From Camelus ferus (taxonomy: Eukaryota), in assembly GCF_009834535.1 (NCBI RefSeq), contig NC_045696.1:91266001-91330000 (forward strand): a stretch of DNA of 64,000 bases, read 5' to 3'. A model generated the notes under the pieces. It was given only the letters and a program-made list of their open reading frames with translations. It did no database searches and was not told where the DNA came from. A program made the translations under genes and the position numbers. Of this stretch, positions 61,811-64,000 are shown in pieces; the first letter of the stretch is position 1, and each line of letters begins with the position of its first letter.

Positions 61811-62599
61811 TTACAATTTTAAAAGACAAAAGGAATTCTGTAGCTAACAAATTTGGCAAAAATTGTGATGATATCCCTTGATAGACCAAAGTAAGTGTCA
61901 TTCTGTGCCAGAGAGAAACAGGAAGTGTGACTGCAGTACATGCATTGCCAAAGGTCCTGTTAATTCTTCTGGGACAGCAGCGTATACATGAATATTTGGC
62001 ATCTGGCACATAATAGATATTTAATATGATAAATGAAAGAAAAAAAGGAAGAGAGGAAGGGAAAAAAAGTAAAGAAGGGTGTGGGGAGGGAAGGAGGCTG
62101 GCCAGCCTGAGCTTGTGAATAATTGATTCTACATAATAAAGAGATTCCCTGTTGTTTGGAAAGAATTCACTCTTCTCTTAACGAGGGAGAGGTCTATTCT
62201 CTTGCAGAATTTAGCTCATTGTGTCTTCATGTTACTAATGGCTACACTGACAGCTGTAGCACACCGCAGAGACTTGCTTGTCAAACGCTAACTGCTACGC
62301 TATGTTACTATAGTTTTTTTCTGATAGAGTAATCATTACTACTTATGCAGAATGACAGAAGCTGCCTAACAGTATTTAATCTAATCCCCAAATATAAGAA
62401 ATAGCCCAGTTATGTAAGACATAGAATGAACCCAAAGGGATTTTTTTTTTTTTGAAAAGTCAGAACAGGAAGGGAAGCATTAAGCACATAACTCAACTCT
62501 GACAGACTGTACCTTTTGCTTTAGTTTCATGAGAATTGAAGTAGTAGGTAAATAATCCAGTATGTAGATTGCATGCTTAAATCTGCACTTTTTAAATTA

Positions 62600-63330
62600 C
62601 TTTTTTAAGGTTGGATAAATACAAAATAATATTTATAACATATTTTAAAGTATGAAAATAATGATAAAACAAAAACTTGTATACACACACCACACAGATT
62701 TGAAAAATAGAAAATGAAAGAAATCTTAGCTCTTCCTGTATCTTATCCCCTCAAATTTCTATCACCCCATGTGAAGTAATGACTATCCTGAATTTTATTT
62801 ATATCATTTCATAAGTTTTGCTCACAGTGTTACATATTTGTACATATTATTAAACCCTAAATTCTTTGCATATATTTAAACTTTATGCAAATATAATGCT
62901 ACATTTTTTCTTGTATGACTTGTTTTTTTTTCATTCAGCACTCTGTTTTTGAGATTCATCCATGTTGATAATATATGTGTCTATAATTTATTTATTTCCA
63001 TTGCTTTTTACAATCCTCTTGTATGATTATCACAGCTTAACATATCCATTTTGCCTATTGATTGATAATTCAAATTGTTTCCAGTTTTTTGTTATTATGA
63101 CACTGTGATCTTTCTTGTTCATGTCTCCTGGTTCACATGTGCAAGTTTCTCTGGGACTAAACCCAGGAGTGGAATTGTTGGGTTATAGCGCATGCACATT
63201 TGCAACTTTGCTAGATAATAAATGTTTTCTACAGCAGTTTACTAATTTGCACACCCACCAGCATTGATTGAAAGTTTCTGTTGCCTCATATTTTCACCTG
63301 TGATTTTTGCCACTCTTATGGGTTAGTAGT
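62600..63330 (-). mobile_element. Old L1 (L1ME-like) 3' region
   Basis: TTTTGAGATTCATCCATGTTG...TTGTTTCCAGTTTTTTGTTATTATG...CCCAGGAGTGGAATTGTTGGGTTATAG...CCCACCAGCA. Confidence 0.75.
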
Positions 63331-64000
63331 CATCAAGACCTCTGACGTGCCCACTTATATCATACTTCTGAGTAATCACAGGTGTGATTCAGACAGTATA
63401 CAAACCATACACTTAAGATCTCTGCCACAATTTGAAGCTAGTGCCCCATGTTGAATTGAGCCAAAGCCTCCTTTGGACATTTATCAAAAAGCAGGGCTTA
63501 AAACGAAGAATAACTCTGTTGTTTTCTCAATAAGCGCTGATTGACAAATATGAGGAAAAAATCATGATGTTAGTGGTAGAAATGAAATATTGCACTTGGC
63601 ACTGTTGGGAAATCACCCAAGTCTTGTGGGTTTCTGACTTCATAACTACAAGGTATTTGGATCAAAGTATACTTACTTTAGGTGACATATGAATTCATAA
63701 TCCAAGGAAAAAAGCCTCATAAAAATAACTTAACATTAAATATATCTTGCAAAAGAACCATTTAACTTGGCAAAATATTAATGAAATAAAACACATGGGT
63801 TAGATTTCCCTTATAGTACACATAGGAATAAAATGTGCTGAACAAAATATGCTTTGGCTTTTTCCAAACTAGAAACATCTGAAAATAACCTAAGAGATTT
63901 CCTTAAACCATCGCATGTTTCTGGCTTTGTCCACCACTTAATTAAGTGTTGTTTTAATAATGAAGCACATTAGGAATGGGGGTTGTATCCAGTCTACAAA

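Noticed and set aside
1..64000. Known miRNA, snRNA, Y RNA or processed pseudogene
   Set aside because: I looked by eye for well-known mature miRNAs, U6, Y RNA and retrocopied coding sequence and saw none; an Rfam/miRBase search would be needed to exclude them.

Overview
Mammalian (eutherian) non-coding DNA, probably intronic or intergenic, with no recognisable protein-coding gene, rRNA, functional tRNA or CRISPR array. The repeat content (a Vic-1-like tRNA-derived SINE, laurasiatherian-type L1 3' ends, a MER41-like LTR; no Alu, BovB/Bov-tA, PRE-1, ERE or CanSINE seen) points to a camelid genome. A large share of the window is interspersed repeats: L1 (including ORF2 remnants at ~36.1-37.8 kb and ~58.8-61.8 kb), L2, MIR, MaLR/ERVL/ERV1 LTRs, hAT elements (MER5, MER20, MER53, MER58, MER102, MER113) and a Tigger remnant, plus microsatellites. 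The only ORF-track entries I could match to known proteins are decayed L1 ORF2 and Tigger transposase pieces. Best leads: (1) a TSD-bounded L1 whose normal 3' end is replaced by ~300 nt of different, polyadenylated sequence (28.06-28.68 kb); (2) two minus-strand exon candidates that splice into an ATG-initiated frame (39.4-40.0 kb); (3) three strong CTCF motifs, two of them convergent; (4) a twin-primed inverted L1 and a short L1 3' transduction; (5) a MER53 hairpin with near-perfect arms; (6) several repeat-free, motif-dense candidate enhancers. I found nothing that I can support as a new multi-gene system. Repeat family names come from recalled consensus sequences, not a database search, and boundaries of old repeats are approximate (tens of bp).
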